Source of the DNA: Methanobacteriota archaeon
GTDB lineage: Archaea > JAADCQ01 > Methanopyri > Methanopyrales > Methanopyraceae
Reading direction: 5' to 3'
Assembly (NCBI GenBank): GCA_027064305.1
Contig: JAMOPY010000015.1
Coordinates: 1-55,942, forward strand
DNA length: 55,942 nucleotides
The notes under the pieces were generated by a model. That model saw nothing but the letters and a program-made list of their open reading frames with translations, made no database searches and was not told where the DNA came from. This document shows positions 48,701 to 55,942 of the stretch, piece after piece. The number at the start of each line of letters is the position of its first letter. Position 1 is the stretch's first letter. Made by a program: the position numbers and the translations under genes.

Positions 48701-49422
48701 TACCCGACGACCTCGACGTCGAGGTCGGCCCGCTCGGCGAGGTCCCGGATGCGCTCCTCCACCTGGCGGACGAGGGTGGTGGTGGGCACGAGGTAGTACA
48801 CGCGCCGGCCCGCGTGGGCCAGGAGGGCGCTCATCAGGGAGGCCCAGGAGGTCTTGCCCGTGCCGGTCGGGGCCAGGATCGAGAAGCTGCAGCCGCGGAC
48901 GAGGCGGCGCGTCCACACGGCCTGGGCGGAGTACAGGCGGAACCCCGTCGCCTCCTCGAACGCGCGGTTCGCGATCTCGGTGAAGAGCTCGGGCCACACC
49001 CGCTCGCGGAAGAACGACTCCACGCGCTCGCGGTCGAGCTCGCCCCGCTCGACCCGGTTCAGGAGGAGCTTGAACGCGAGCAGGACCTCGCCCACGGGAC
49101 CGTGCTCCTCGCGGGCGGTCTCGAGCGCGTCCAGGAGCCGGTCGGTCTCGTAGGGTAGGCAGCGCTCGCAGATGCCGAGCCGGGAGGTGAGCCGGACGGA
49201 GGAGCAGTCGCCCCCGCAGATCACGCACGCGGAGCCGAAGACGGCGACGGGCTCGTTCGGATCCGTCCCTCGGATGTCCCGCTCGCGGATGCGGTCCGGG
49301 TCGTCCCGGTGCCTTTCCAGCCGCTCGCTCAGCCGGTCCAGGGTCTCGGCGCAGTCCCGGAGGATCGGCTCGGCCAGGTCCCGGAACCCCTCCGGTACGA
49401 GCTCCAGCACGTCACTCGCCAT
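45742..49422 (-). CDS. rgyB: Reverse gyrase subunit B (helicase-like domain plus N-terminal part of the topoisomerase IA domain)
   Basis: N-terminal Zn finger, APTGTGKT, DDVD, RGLDLP, YVQASGRVSRL, IVESPNKA, TDPDTEGE, SAGRVQTP; ends before the catalytic-Tyr region. Confidence 0.93.
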   Translation of the reverse strand: MASDVLELVPEGFRDLAEPILRDCAETLDRLSERLERHRDDPDRIRERDIRGTDPNEPVAVFGSACVICGGDCSSVRLTSRLGICERCLPYETDRLLDALETAREEHGPVGEVLLAFKLLLNRVERGELDRERVESFFRERVWPELFTEIANRAFEEATGFRLYSAQAVWTRRLVRGCSFSILAPTGTGKTSWASLMSALLAHAGRRVYYLVPTTTLVRQVEERIRDLAERADLDVEVVGYHAALPRERRAEAQRRIREGDFDVLITTAQFLVHRVDELERLDFDVIFVDDVDAIIRGTGRNVDRLLRVAGLRQEEIDAAYRLANLRRRYYSLRDWLESLEERGEERRAERVRRDLERIEREMEELESQVERARDRDLARIVFMSATGAAAPSRRLAIVRELFDFEVGAGGEGPRNIQDVAVPRRPSPEAVRELAERVGPQGGLIFVPQRLPGGARAREVAEELAEYLRDHGIEARAVHAGTPAEEREEAIDAFAEGEVDVLVAVASPYGVIVRGLDLPQAARYAIFYGIPRQRIRLTPREEDLKDVTYVASALSNLARLVDDARLRSRLEGVAGRLWRIVRRGAWYRERVEEAVEDLSIEELRRLADRDADELADELDVEPWLARNVRTLAEGVRELLDLLGDRERVERLAREATTVAVREEDGESFLEVPDLRTYVQASGRVSRLFAGGVTFGLSFVLCDPEDERELRLLNGLIRRMSYAYGTEFEWRSYPEELTAEDIGLRLKGLSEERLSELVERVDRDRERVHRILRGELEPEEAGRLARSALMIVESPNKARMIASLFSRRPSRRRLEGGVAYETTAEGLHLTVVATQGHVADLVEDAGVFGVERVGDRWVPVYDVLGRCRECGEQVVGREECPNCGGEVELKTALLESIRDLAAEADVILIGTDPDTEGEKIGWDVFNYLGWVTAEVHRTEFHEVTRRGITEALREENWKEVDAGRVSAQILRRVADRWIGFALSQDLWDVFKRLTIDLGEHDRGTLIELRLRLPEGVRIVSFRRRFDDGRTPARPVRVRREGDEYVVRTRITRGGPVTYVATLMDEDRKLGDAESVREEAVKVKALANGEEIEPDVRLEAMTWLSAGRVQTPVLGWVIDRAREYRETEFYAGRARVPAGKEEITALIEELRLPEDLAERVREAATALRRIAEEGEGATLSRDELGPLADTDLFEPADGAYRLSERARELLRERGLVGLLLAALREVGG

Positions 49423-50005
49423 CCTCCTTCAGCCCCTTCACGGCGCGGACCAGGCGTTTCAGCCGGTCGTGACCCCTGGTCAGCAGGCGGTTGCAGAGGT
49501 CGATCAGGTGGGGCCAGGCCTCCTCCCGGACCGTCTCCCGGCCGTGAACCTTGACGGGCGTTTCCAGGCGCTCGGAGCCGAGGATCTCCACGACCACTTT
49601 TGTGTCTTTGATCGACCGGATGGAGGAGGCCTTGAACCCCGCCTCGGAGGCGACGGCGCGCAGCCGGCGGGCCGCCTCCAGGTCCCGGCACAGCACGTGG
49701 AAGAGGGGCGGCTGCGCCTTCAGCCACGTGATCCCCTCGTCCGGGGCGCGGCGGACGGCCTCCCGCACCCGGTCCACGTCCACCGGGGGCTCGTGCCACT
49801 TCGCGAGGAACTCGGCCCGGCGCTTGTCCCCCACCTCGGGCTCGTGGAGGACGATCACGCGGCCCGAGCAGCTGCTCGTCGTGCAGTAGTCCGGGAGCGC
49901 GTTGATCGCCTCGAGCACGGGGATCGCCGGCCCGTCCACCTCGCCCCGCTCGATCGCCTCCTCGAGCCGCCGAAGGCGGCGCCGCTTCTCCCCCTCCCAG
50001 TGCAA
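49412..50005 (-). CDS. taw3: tRNA wyosine-derivative methyltransferase (TYW3 family)
   Basis: TTSSCSGR, KWH, PPLFHV, AGFKAS. Confidence 0.9.
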   Translation of the reverse strand: MHWEGEKRRRLRRLEEAIERGEVDGPAIPVLEAINALPDYCTTSSCSGRVIVLHEPEVGDKRRAEFLAKWHEPPVDVDRVREAVRRAPDEGITWLKAQPPLFHVLCRDLEAARRLRAVASEAGFKASSIRSIKDTKVVVEILGSERLETPVKVHGRETVREEAWPHLIDLCNRLLTRGHDRLKRLVRAVKGLKEDGE

Positions 50006-50073
50006 GGGTCAGTGCCGCCTGAGCTCCTCATTTACCTCGGCGTTCGGTCGCCTCATCATCCGGGGGAGCCCGG

Positions 50074-51093
50074 TTGAAGGACCTCCGGAACTGTAAACTC
50101 TGCGCCTGGGAGTGCGGGGTGGACCGGCTGGAGGGTGAGCGAGGGGTCTGCCGGGTCACGGAGCCCGTCGTGGCCTCGAAGCAGCTGCACCCGGCCCCAC
50201 CCGCGAGCTACACCGTGTTCCTGGGCGGGTGCAACTACCGCTGCCTGAACTGCCAGAACTGGGACATCGCGCACTACCCGGACAACCCGGAGGGCCGCGT
50301 GCTCGGGCGCCAGGACCCGCGGGAGCTGGCCGTCGAGGCGGTGAACATGATCGAGACCCCGCAGGGTCGCGCGATCGGGGCGGACCGGATCTTCTTCTCC
50401 GGGGGAGAGCCGACCATCCACCTCCCGTACGTGGAGGAGGTCGTCGAGCACTTCCGGGAGGTTACGGACCTCTGGAAGGTCAACTTCGACACGAACGGGT
50501 TCGCCACGCGGAGGAGCATGCGGCGGATCGTCCGGCTCGCGGACTCGATCACGTTCGACTTCAAGGCGTACTCGGACGAGCTGCACCGCGCGCTCACCGG
50601 CGCGCCCGTGGAGCCCGTCCTCCGGAACCTGGAGCTCCTCATCCCGTCGCACCTGGACCTGATCTGGGAGGTCCGGATCCTGCTGATCCCGGAGGCGCAC
50701 GACGAGGAGGAGATCCGGGGCATGTGCGAGTTCCTGGCGGACCTGGACGAGTCCGTCCCCGTCTGCTTCCTCGCCTTCCGACCGAACTTCGTGCTGGAGC
50801 GGCACCCGGGCGCGCCGCGGAGGCTGATGCGCCGGGCCGTGGAGATCGCGCGGGAGTGCGGGCTGGAGAACGCCTCCTGGTCCGGCCTGCCGGACCTGGA
50901 GGGGGAGGTGCCGCCCCGGGTCCGGAACCACCGGAAGGCGCTGCTGAACCGGTACGGCGGTCACGAGGGGGCCGCCCTGATGGCCGGGTACGCGCGCGAG
51001 GTCGGGTGCCCGCGCCACCCCCGCGACTGCGGCGGCTGCCCCCGGATGGCGGAGTGCCCGGTGAAGCGGTACCGGGCGGCGCGAAGGACGTGA
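50074..51093 (+). CDS. Radical SAM protein, PFL-activase-like, with extra Cys clusters
   Basis: CKLCAWEC..C, CNYRCLNCQN, SGGEPT, DTNG, C-terminal C..CGGC..C. Confidence 0.85.
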   Translation: MKDLRNCKLCAWECGVDRLEGERGVCRVTEPVVASKQLHPAPPASYTVFLGGCNYRCLNCQNWDIAHYPDNPEGRVLGRQDPRELAVEAVNMIETPQGRAIGADRIFFSGGEPTIHLPYVEEVVEHFREVTDLWKVNFDTNGFATRRSMRRIVRLADSITFDFKAYSDELHRALTGAPVEPVLRNLELLIPSHLDLIWEVRILLIPEAHDEEEIRGMCEFLADLDESVPVCFLAFRPNFVLERHPGAPRRLMRRAVEIARECGLENASWSGLPDLEGEVPPRVRNHRKALLNRYGGHEGAALMAGYAREVGCPRHPRDCGGCPRMAECPVKRYRAARRT

Positions 51094-51639
51094 TCACTCC
51101 CGCCAGCGGCGGAACTCCTCGAACCGGCGCTTGATCCGCCCGGGGATCCCGGGCGGGCTGAGCTCGCCCAGGTAGCCCCGATCGTCCCCCTCGAGCTCCA
51201 CCCGCTCGCGCAGCTCGGCCCGGAGGAGGAACTCGCACAGGCCCGCGTTCCGGAGGACCGCGTCCCGGGGGCGGAGCGTGACGGACCACACGTAGTACAC
51301 CTTGAAGGCCGTGTCCGGGAACATCCCGCCCCCGAGGTCGACCGCGAGCACGTCGCACGAGGGCTCGTCGAGGAGCTCCAGGACCCGCTCGAGCGTCTCG
51401 TACTCCCGCGCGTCCCCGGGGACGAACGTCAGCTCCCTGTGCTCCCGCTCCAGCCGGGTCATCGCCTCGCGCGCCTCCTCCCCGTAGTCCACGGCCACGA
51501 CCCGGGCCGGGCGACGGCGCAGGATCCGGCGCGTGGCGGCGCCCCGGTGGCAGCCGAGCTCCACGACGACGTCGCCCTCCCGCACGACCTCGCCCAGAAG
51601 CTCCCGGTACCGGTCCACGGAGCGGACCAGCGCGATCAA
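51094..51639 (-). CDS. SAM-dependent methyltransferase-fold protein
   Basis: VVVELGCHRG, VVAVD, GDA, DVLAVDLGG. Confidence 0.75.
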   Translation of the reverse strand: MIALVRSVDRYRELLGEVVREGDVVVELGCHRGAATRRILRRRPARVVAVDYGEEAREAMTRLEREHRELTFVPGDAREYETLERVLELLDEPSCDVLAVDLGGGMFPDTAFKVYYVWSVTLRPRDAVLRNAGLCEFLLRAELRERVELEGDDRGYLGELSPPGIPGRIKRRFEEFRRWRE

Positions 51640-51685
51640 GCCCGGGCCCCGCTAGGCTTTTGTCCGGTCGCGCGGTCCGACCCCG

Positions 51686-51749
51686 CGGATGATGACGGTT
51701 TCAGGCGCCGAGTTCGGCCGGGGATGCGGACATCTCCCCGCACTGACCC
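51686..51749 (+). ncRNA. C/D box sRNA
   Basis: ATGATGA-CGGTTTCAGGCG-CCGA...ATGCGGA-CATCTCCCCGCA-CTGA. Confidence 0.75.
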
Positions 51750-51753
51750 CGGA

Positions 51754-51811
51754 GGGTGACGAGGGCCCTCCGGGGTCCGAGGGGTGAGGAGACCGGCCCG
51801 CGCTACCGACT
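51754..51811 (+). ncRNA. Second tandem C/D box sRNA candidate
   Basis: GTGACGA-14 nt-CCGA-ggg-GTGAGGA-15 nt-CCGA. Confidence 0.5.
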
Positions 51812-52906
51812 CCGGGTGACCACCACCACCGCCCTTCGGTTGTTCGCCCCCACCCGGAACCGCTCCTCCGCGATCACCTCACCGCCCAGCTCCCGGCGCA
51901 GGCGCCGGACCATCCGATCGTAGTACCGGTCCCCGATCGACAGGCCGACCCCGTACTCCCCGAGGTCCAGGGTGGCCAGCCCGGCCCCGTCGATGTGCTT
52001 CCCGTGCGCGAGCCGGGTGAGGAGCCCCCGGATCACGGTCGCGCTCGGGGGCGCGCCGCCCGTCGCGAGCTCCCGCACCTCATCCAGCGTCTCCTCCACC
52101 AGCCGCTGCGCCGTGCCCCCCAGCTCCAGTCCCCGGATCTCCGTACGATCCGCCCGCGTCGTGCGGTACCCCTCGATCAGCGACCCGTCCACCCACTCCC
52201 GTAAGATCAGCCGGGCCGCGCCCTCCGGGTCCCGGCCGAGGCGGTCGGCGATGGCCCGGAGGACCTCCCCCGGGTCGTCCCCCTCCTCGACGCCGAAGCG
52301 CTCCCGCAGGGCGCCCGGGTACTCGCGCAGCACCCGGTCGATCACGCGGGTGGCGGGCGAGATCGGATCCTCAAGGACGTCCGGATCGAGGGCGCCGGCC
52401 TCCTCCCCCGCCTCCTCGGTCGGGATCACGCCGGGCGAGTCGATGATGAGGAGCCGGCGCCCGCCGCTCACCCACATCTTCCCCTTCGTGTAGCCGGCCT
52501 CCCGGGAGGTGGGGGCGGCCGCGCGGCGGGCGAGGGCGTTGATGAGCGTGGACTTGCCGACGTTCTGCACGCCCACGACGCCCACGCGCACGGTCTCCAC
52601 GTCCTCCGGCGCGACCTCGAAGATCGTCCGGCGGAGGTACCGGATGCCCAGCCGCTCCCGACCGCTCACGTAGACGGTGGGCACGCCCTCCTCCCGCTCG
52701 ATCCGCTCCTTGGCCTCCTCCGCCCGGGCCCGCGGGACGGTGTCCGCCTTGTTGAGCACGACCACGCGGGCGTAGTCGAACACGTCCTCGAGCCGCGCGA
52801 GCCGGTCCCAGCGGGTTTCCTCGGGGTACCGGACGTCCCGCACGTCGAGGACCACGTGGGACTCGGCCAGGACGCGCATGACGTGCCGGTACCACCGGGG
52901 CGGCAC
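51803..52906 (-). CDS. Circularly permuted YlqF/RbgA-family GTPase with C-terminal extension
   Basis: G4-G1-G3 order: LNKAD, GVQNVGKSTLIN, GYTKG, DSPG. Confidence 0.88.
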   Translation of the reverse strand: MPPRWYRHVMRVLAESHVVLDVRDVRYPEETRWDRLARLEDVFDYARVVVLNKADTVPRARAEEAKERIEREEGVPTVYVSGRERLGIRYLRRTIFEVAPEDVETVRVGVVGVQNVGKSTLINALARRAAAPTSREAGYTKGKMWVSGGRRLLIIDSPGVIPTEEAGEEAGALDPDVLEDPISPATRVIDRVLREYPGALRERFGVEEGDDPGEVLRAIADRLGRDPEGAARLILREWVDGSLIEGYRTTRADRTEIRGLELGGTAQRLVEETLDEVRELATGGAPPSATVIRGLLTRLAHGKHIDGAGLATLDLGEYGVGLSIGDRYYDRMVRRLRRELGGEVIAEERFRVGANNRRAVVVVTRSR

Positions 52907-52964
52907 CGCCTCGCCCCCCTCAGCAGCCTTTTTATCGGCGTGTTAACCTTCGGTCGTCACGGGG

Positions 52965-54083
52965 GTGGTCGCCATTAAAGCTGACCTCGAGGCGCTGGAG
53001 ACGCTGCAGCGGGACGTGGAGCCGGCCCGGGACGGGGCGCTCCCGCGGCGGGTAGACGAGCGGATCGTCCGGGAGCTGTACGAGGAAGGGGAGCGGTTCG
53101 CCGCCTTCGGAGCCTACTACCGGCGGGAGAAGGGCTGCAAGGTGATGAAGGCGGCCGTGGACGGCGGCTTCGTGTGCCCGAACAAGGACGGTCGGATCTC
53201 GCGCGAAGGGTGCCTCTTCTGCCCGAAGATGGGTCGCACGATCATCACGCCCAACGTCGACCCGCGGAGGAAGATCGAGGAGCAGGCCCGGAAGCAGATG
53301 GAGGTCTTCCGGGAGCGGTACGGGGCGGAGAAGTTCCTGGTGTACTTCTACCCGGCGACGAACACGTACGCGCCGCCGGACGTGCTGGAGGAGCTGTACA
53401 ACCGGGCGCTCGAGATGGAGGACGTGATCGGGCTGTCCATCGGCACGCGGCCCGACTGCCTGCCGGACGAGGTCCTGGACCTGCTGGAGGGGTACGTGAA
53501 GGAGGGCTACGACGTCTGGCTGGAGATCGGCGTGCAGTCGTACCATCACCGGACGCTGACGCGGGTGCGCCGGGGTCACGGGCTGGCGGAGGTGATCGAC
53601 GCGATCGTCCGGGCCAAGGAGCGGGGCATCCGGGTGGTGAACCACATCATCTTCGGGCTGCCGGGGGAGACCCGCGGGGAGATGTTGGAGACCGTGCGGG
53701 TGCTCTCGGTGCTGGGCGTGGAGGCGGTGAAGCTGTACCCGCTGGTCGTCCTGGAGCGGACGGACCTGGAGTGCCTGTACCGGGAGCGGCGGTACAAGCC
53801 GCTGAGCTACCGGGAGTACATCCGGCTGCTCGCGGACGCGCTGGAGCGGATGGCGCCGACCGTGCTCATCCAGCGGCTGTCGAAGGACCGGGCGCCGGAC
53901 GAGGAGGTGATCGAGCCGGAGTGGGACCTGTACCGGATGAAGGTGATCTCCGACGTGCGGCGGGAGCTGGCGCGGCGCGAGTCGCGGCAGGGTGCCCGGT
54001 ACAAGGTGGGGCTGGACGCGGACGAGCTGGTGCCGCTGGTCAAGGGGGCCACGGGCGCGGAGGGCTCGGAGGTGCCGGCGTGA
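52965..54083 (+). CDS. Radical SAM protein, YhcC/TIGR01212-like
   Basis: GFVCPNKDG...GCLFC, TNTYAP, IGTRPDC, EIGVQS, HIIFGLP. Confidence 0.88.
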   Translation: MVAIKADLEALETLQRDVEPARDGALPRRVDERIVRELYEEGERFAAFGAYYRREKGCKVMKAAVDGGFVCPNKDGRISREGCLFCPKMGRTIITPNVDPRRKIEEQARKQMEVFRERYGAEKFLVYFYPATNTYAPPDVLEELYNRALEMEDVIGLSIGTRPDCLPDEVLDLLEGYVKEGYDVWLEIGVQSYHHRTLTRVRRGHGLAEVIDAIVRAKERGIRVVNHIIFGLPGETRGEMLETVRVLSVLGVEAVKLYPLVVLERTDLECLYRERRYKPLSYREYIRLLADALERMAPTVLIQRLSKDRAPDEEVIEPEWDLYRMKVISDVRRELARRESRQGARYKVGLDADELVPLVKGATGAEGSEVPA

Positions 54084-54102
54084 CCGCCCGGCCCGGCGCC
54101 GT

Positions 54103-54125
54103 TTCGTTACGGTTTACGAAACGAT
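54103..54125. repeat. Dispersed intergenic palindrome, copy 6
   Basis: TTCGTTACG-GTTTA-CGAAACGAT followed by CGG, between the convergent radical SAM gene and rnpB. Confidence 0.8.
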
Positions 54126-54132
54126 CGGGGGA

Positions 54133-54589
54133 CGGCGGCCGTGGGTGGGCTATAGCCCGCCTTCTGTAGCCTTAGCTGGCGGCATTCGCCTCAGCGGCCC
54201 ACCATCCCCCTCCGGCCCGGTGTTCATCGGGGGCATCACCCTCGTATCATCGGGCTCATTCGGCCTCGCCCGCCGCCGGGCGGCCCGTTTCACCGATCCC
54301 GCCGGCGTCCTCTGCGGGTTAGCTCGGGCCCCGTCGCCGGGGCCCTTCTCGGCCCGCCCACGGCGGGCCTCAGCCGCGTCATCGCCATCCGCCGACGGAC
54401 GTGTCGTTTCTGTGGCCGGACCCCGGCCTCTCGGCCGGCCCCCTCTCGGGGCGGCGGCCCGGGCCCGGGGGCGGAGCTTCCTCCCCTTAGCGGCCCACCG
54501 GCCGCACCCCGACGGGCCCGCCCTCATTGCCGTGCTCCGGCGGACCCTTACCCGGGGCGGGGTGGCCGCCAGCCCACCCACGGCCGCCG
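54133..54589 (-). ncRNA. rnpB: RNase P RNA
   Basis: Conserved GAGGAAGCUCCGCCC and ACAGAAGGCGGGCUA, plus ACAGAAAC and GGUGAAACGGGCCG; 19-bp terminal inverted repeat (54133-54151 / 54571-54589); TCTATAAT about 25 nt upstream. Confidence 0.92.
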
Positions 54590-54683
54590 GCACCCGCGGC
54601 GACCCGGACGATTATAGACGTTACCCCAGCCGGCTCCTAAACCTTATTTTACCCTCAACGAGAACCGCTCGCGAGGGATGCCC

Positions 54684-55942
54684 ATGAAGGTCCAAGAGAT
54701 GCTCTCAATACTCTCGGATGTGCTCACGGAACACTACCGGAGCGGTGTGTCATTGAAGGAGTCATTTTACCGAGTATTTGACGATCCGATGTCCATACCA
54801 AGCCACCAGGCACGGATGATCCACCGGCGGTTGATGGAGCTGGGCAAGCGGCTCGGACTCTGCGAGGAGGCCCTCGACGACGTGATCCAGTCCGCCGAGT
54901 TCGAGGACCTGCGCCCCGAGCTTAAGGGCATCCTGGTCGCGGCCGCCGACGAGATCCTCTTCGAGGGGACGAGCCCCGCCCTCGTCACCGACGCCGCCAC
55001 CCGGAAGGCCCGGGAGACGCTCCACGAGGGCGCGGCCAACTTCGTGCACGCCGTCTGCTTCGACCTCGAGGAGTACGACCTGAACCGCCTTCGGGAGCGG
55101 GGCTACGACGAGCTGTCCCTGAAGTACCACTTCCCGCCCGAGTTCGTCGAGCACGCCCGACGCGTGCTCCCGGAGGACGAGCTCGAGGCGTTCCTCGAGG
55201 CCTGCAATCGGCCCGCCGTCAAGTACGTCCGGGTGAACACCCTGCACGCCGACCGGGAGGAGGTGGCCGAGCGCCTGCGCGACGAGGGGGTCACGGTCGA
55301 GCCCGACCCCCACGTGCCGGACCTGCTCCGGGTGGTCGAGGAGCGGGTGCCCATCGTGCGCACCGAGACCTGGCGAAAGGGCCTCGTCTTCACCCAGGAC
55401 AAGGCCTCCGCCCTCGTGGGTCACGTGCTCAACCCGCGGCCCGGGGAGTTCGTCGTCGACCTGTGCGCGGCCCCGGGCGGGAAGACCCTGCACGCCCTGT
55501 GCCTCATGGAGGGCGAGGGCGAGATCCTCGCCGTGGACAGGTCGGACTGGCGCCTGGAGGCCATGAAGGAGAAGCTAGAGTGGCAGCGGGTCCCGGACGG
55601 CGCGGTCGAGCTGCGGCACGCGGACGCGCGCGAGCTGCCGGAGGAGCTCGAGGGGGAGGCGGACCGCGTCATCGTCGACCCGCCCTGCTCCGGCATGGGA
55701 TCCGTCCAGAAGCGGCCGGAGACGCGGTGGAACCTCAGCCGGCGGAAGGTCCGGCGGTACGCCAAGCTGCAGGCGGAGCTCCTGGAGGCGGGCGTCCGGG
55801 TGGCGCGGCCCGGCGGGGTGATCGTGTACTCCACCTGCACGCTCACGCTGGACGAGAACGAGGGGGTCGTCCGCCGGGTCCTGCGCCGGCGCGACGACGT
55901 GGAGCTGGAGGAGGTGCGGGCGGACTTCGGCCGGGAGGGGCG
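54684..55942 (+). CDS. RsmB/NOP2-family RNA cytosine-C5 methyltransferase, runs off the window end (not in the ORF track)
   Basis: Hand translation: VRVNTL, QDKAS, DLCAAPGGKT, VDPPCSGMG, VYSTCTL..DENE. Confidence 0.92.
   Translation, partial: MKVQEMLSILSDVLTEHYRSGVSLKESFYRVFDDPMSIPSHQARMIHRRLMELGKRLGLCEEALDDVIQSAEFEDLRPELKGILVAAADEILFEGTSPALVTDAATRKARETLHEGAANFVHAVCFDLEEYDLNRLRERGYDELSLKYHFPPEFVEHARRVLPEDELEAFLEACNRPAVKYVRVNTLHADREEVAERLRDEGVTVEPDPHVPDLLRVVEERVPIVRTETWRKGLVFTQDKASALVGHVLNPRPGEFVVDLCAAPGGKTLHALCLMEGEGEILAVDRSDWRLEAMKEKLEWQRVPDGAVELRHADARELPEELEGEADRVIVDPPCSGMGSVQKRPETRWNLSRRKVRRYAKLQAELLEAGVRVARPGGVIVYSTCTLTLDENEGVVRRVLRRRDDVELEEVRADFGREG

Noticed and set aside
2889-54125. 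The 23-bp palindrome as a CRISPR repeat or a MITE/IS end
   Set aside because: Copies are kilobases apart, with no spacers, cas genes, target-site duplications, shared internal sequence or transposase

Overview
This is a GC-rich window from a hyperthermophilic methanogenic archaeon. It is almost certainly Methanopyrus: it carries the split reverse gyrase subunit B, acidic Glu/Arg-rich proteins and many guide sRNAs. It is mostly core genome. Uptake and metal genes are pstS/pstC-pstA fusion/pstB, feoAB, a NifX/MinD-ferredoxin cluster and the minimal Suf pair. Metabolic genes are aroA'/aroB', egsA, purM and the coenzyme-B 2-oxoacid elongation genes. Information-processing genes are HARP, proS-psmB-aCPSF1, part of the spc ribosomal operon with Rpp29, rgyB, taw3, RNase P RNA and an RsmB-like methyltransferase. 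No CRISPR, tRNA, rRNA or mobile element was seen. The most interesting signals are non-coding. (1) The strand skew switches sharply from C/A-rich to G/T-rich at about 19.1 kb regardless of gene orientation, like a replication origin but without cdc6 or ORB boxes. (2) A 23-bp palindrome (WTCGTTACG-N5-CGTAACGAT-HGG) occurs six times, always intergenic, always 3' of a minus-strand gene, and once at the skew switch. (3) Three DtxR/MntR-type boxes define a probable iron regulon. (4) There are about nine C/D and H/ACA guide RNA candidates, including a polycistronic cluster. (5) Several genes appear to start at CTG or ATC. All assignments come from reading by eye; no searches were run.
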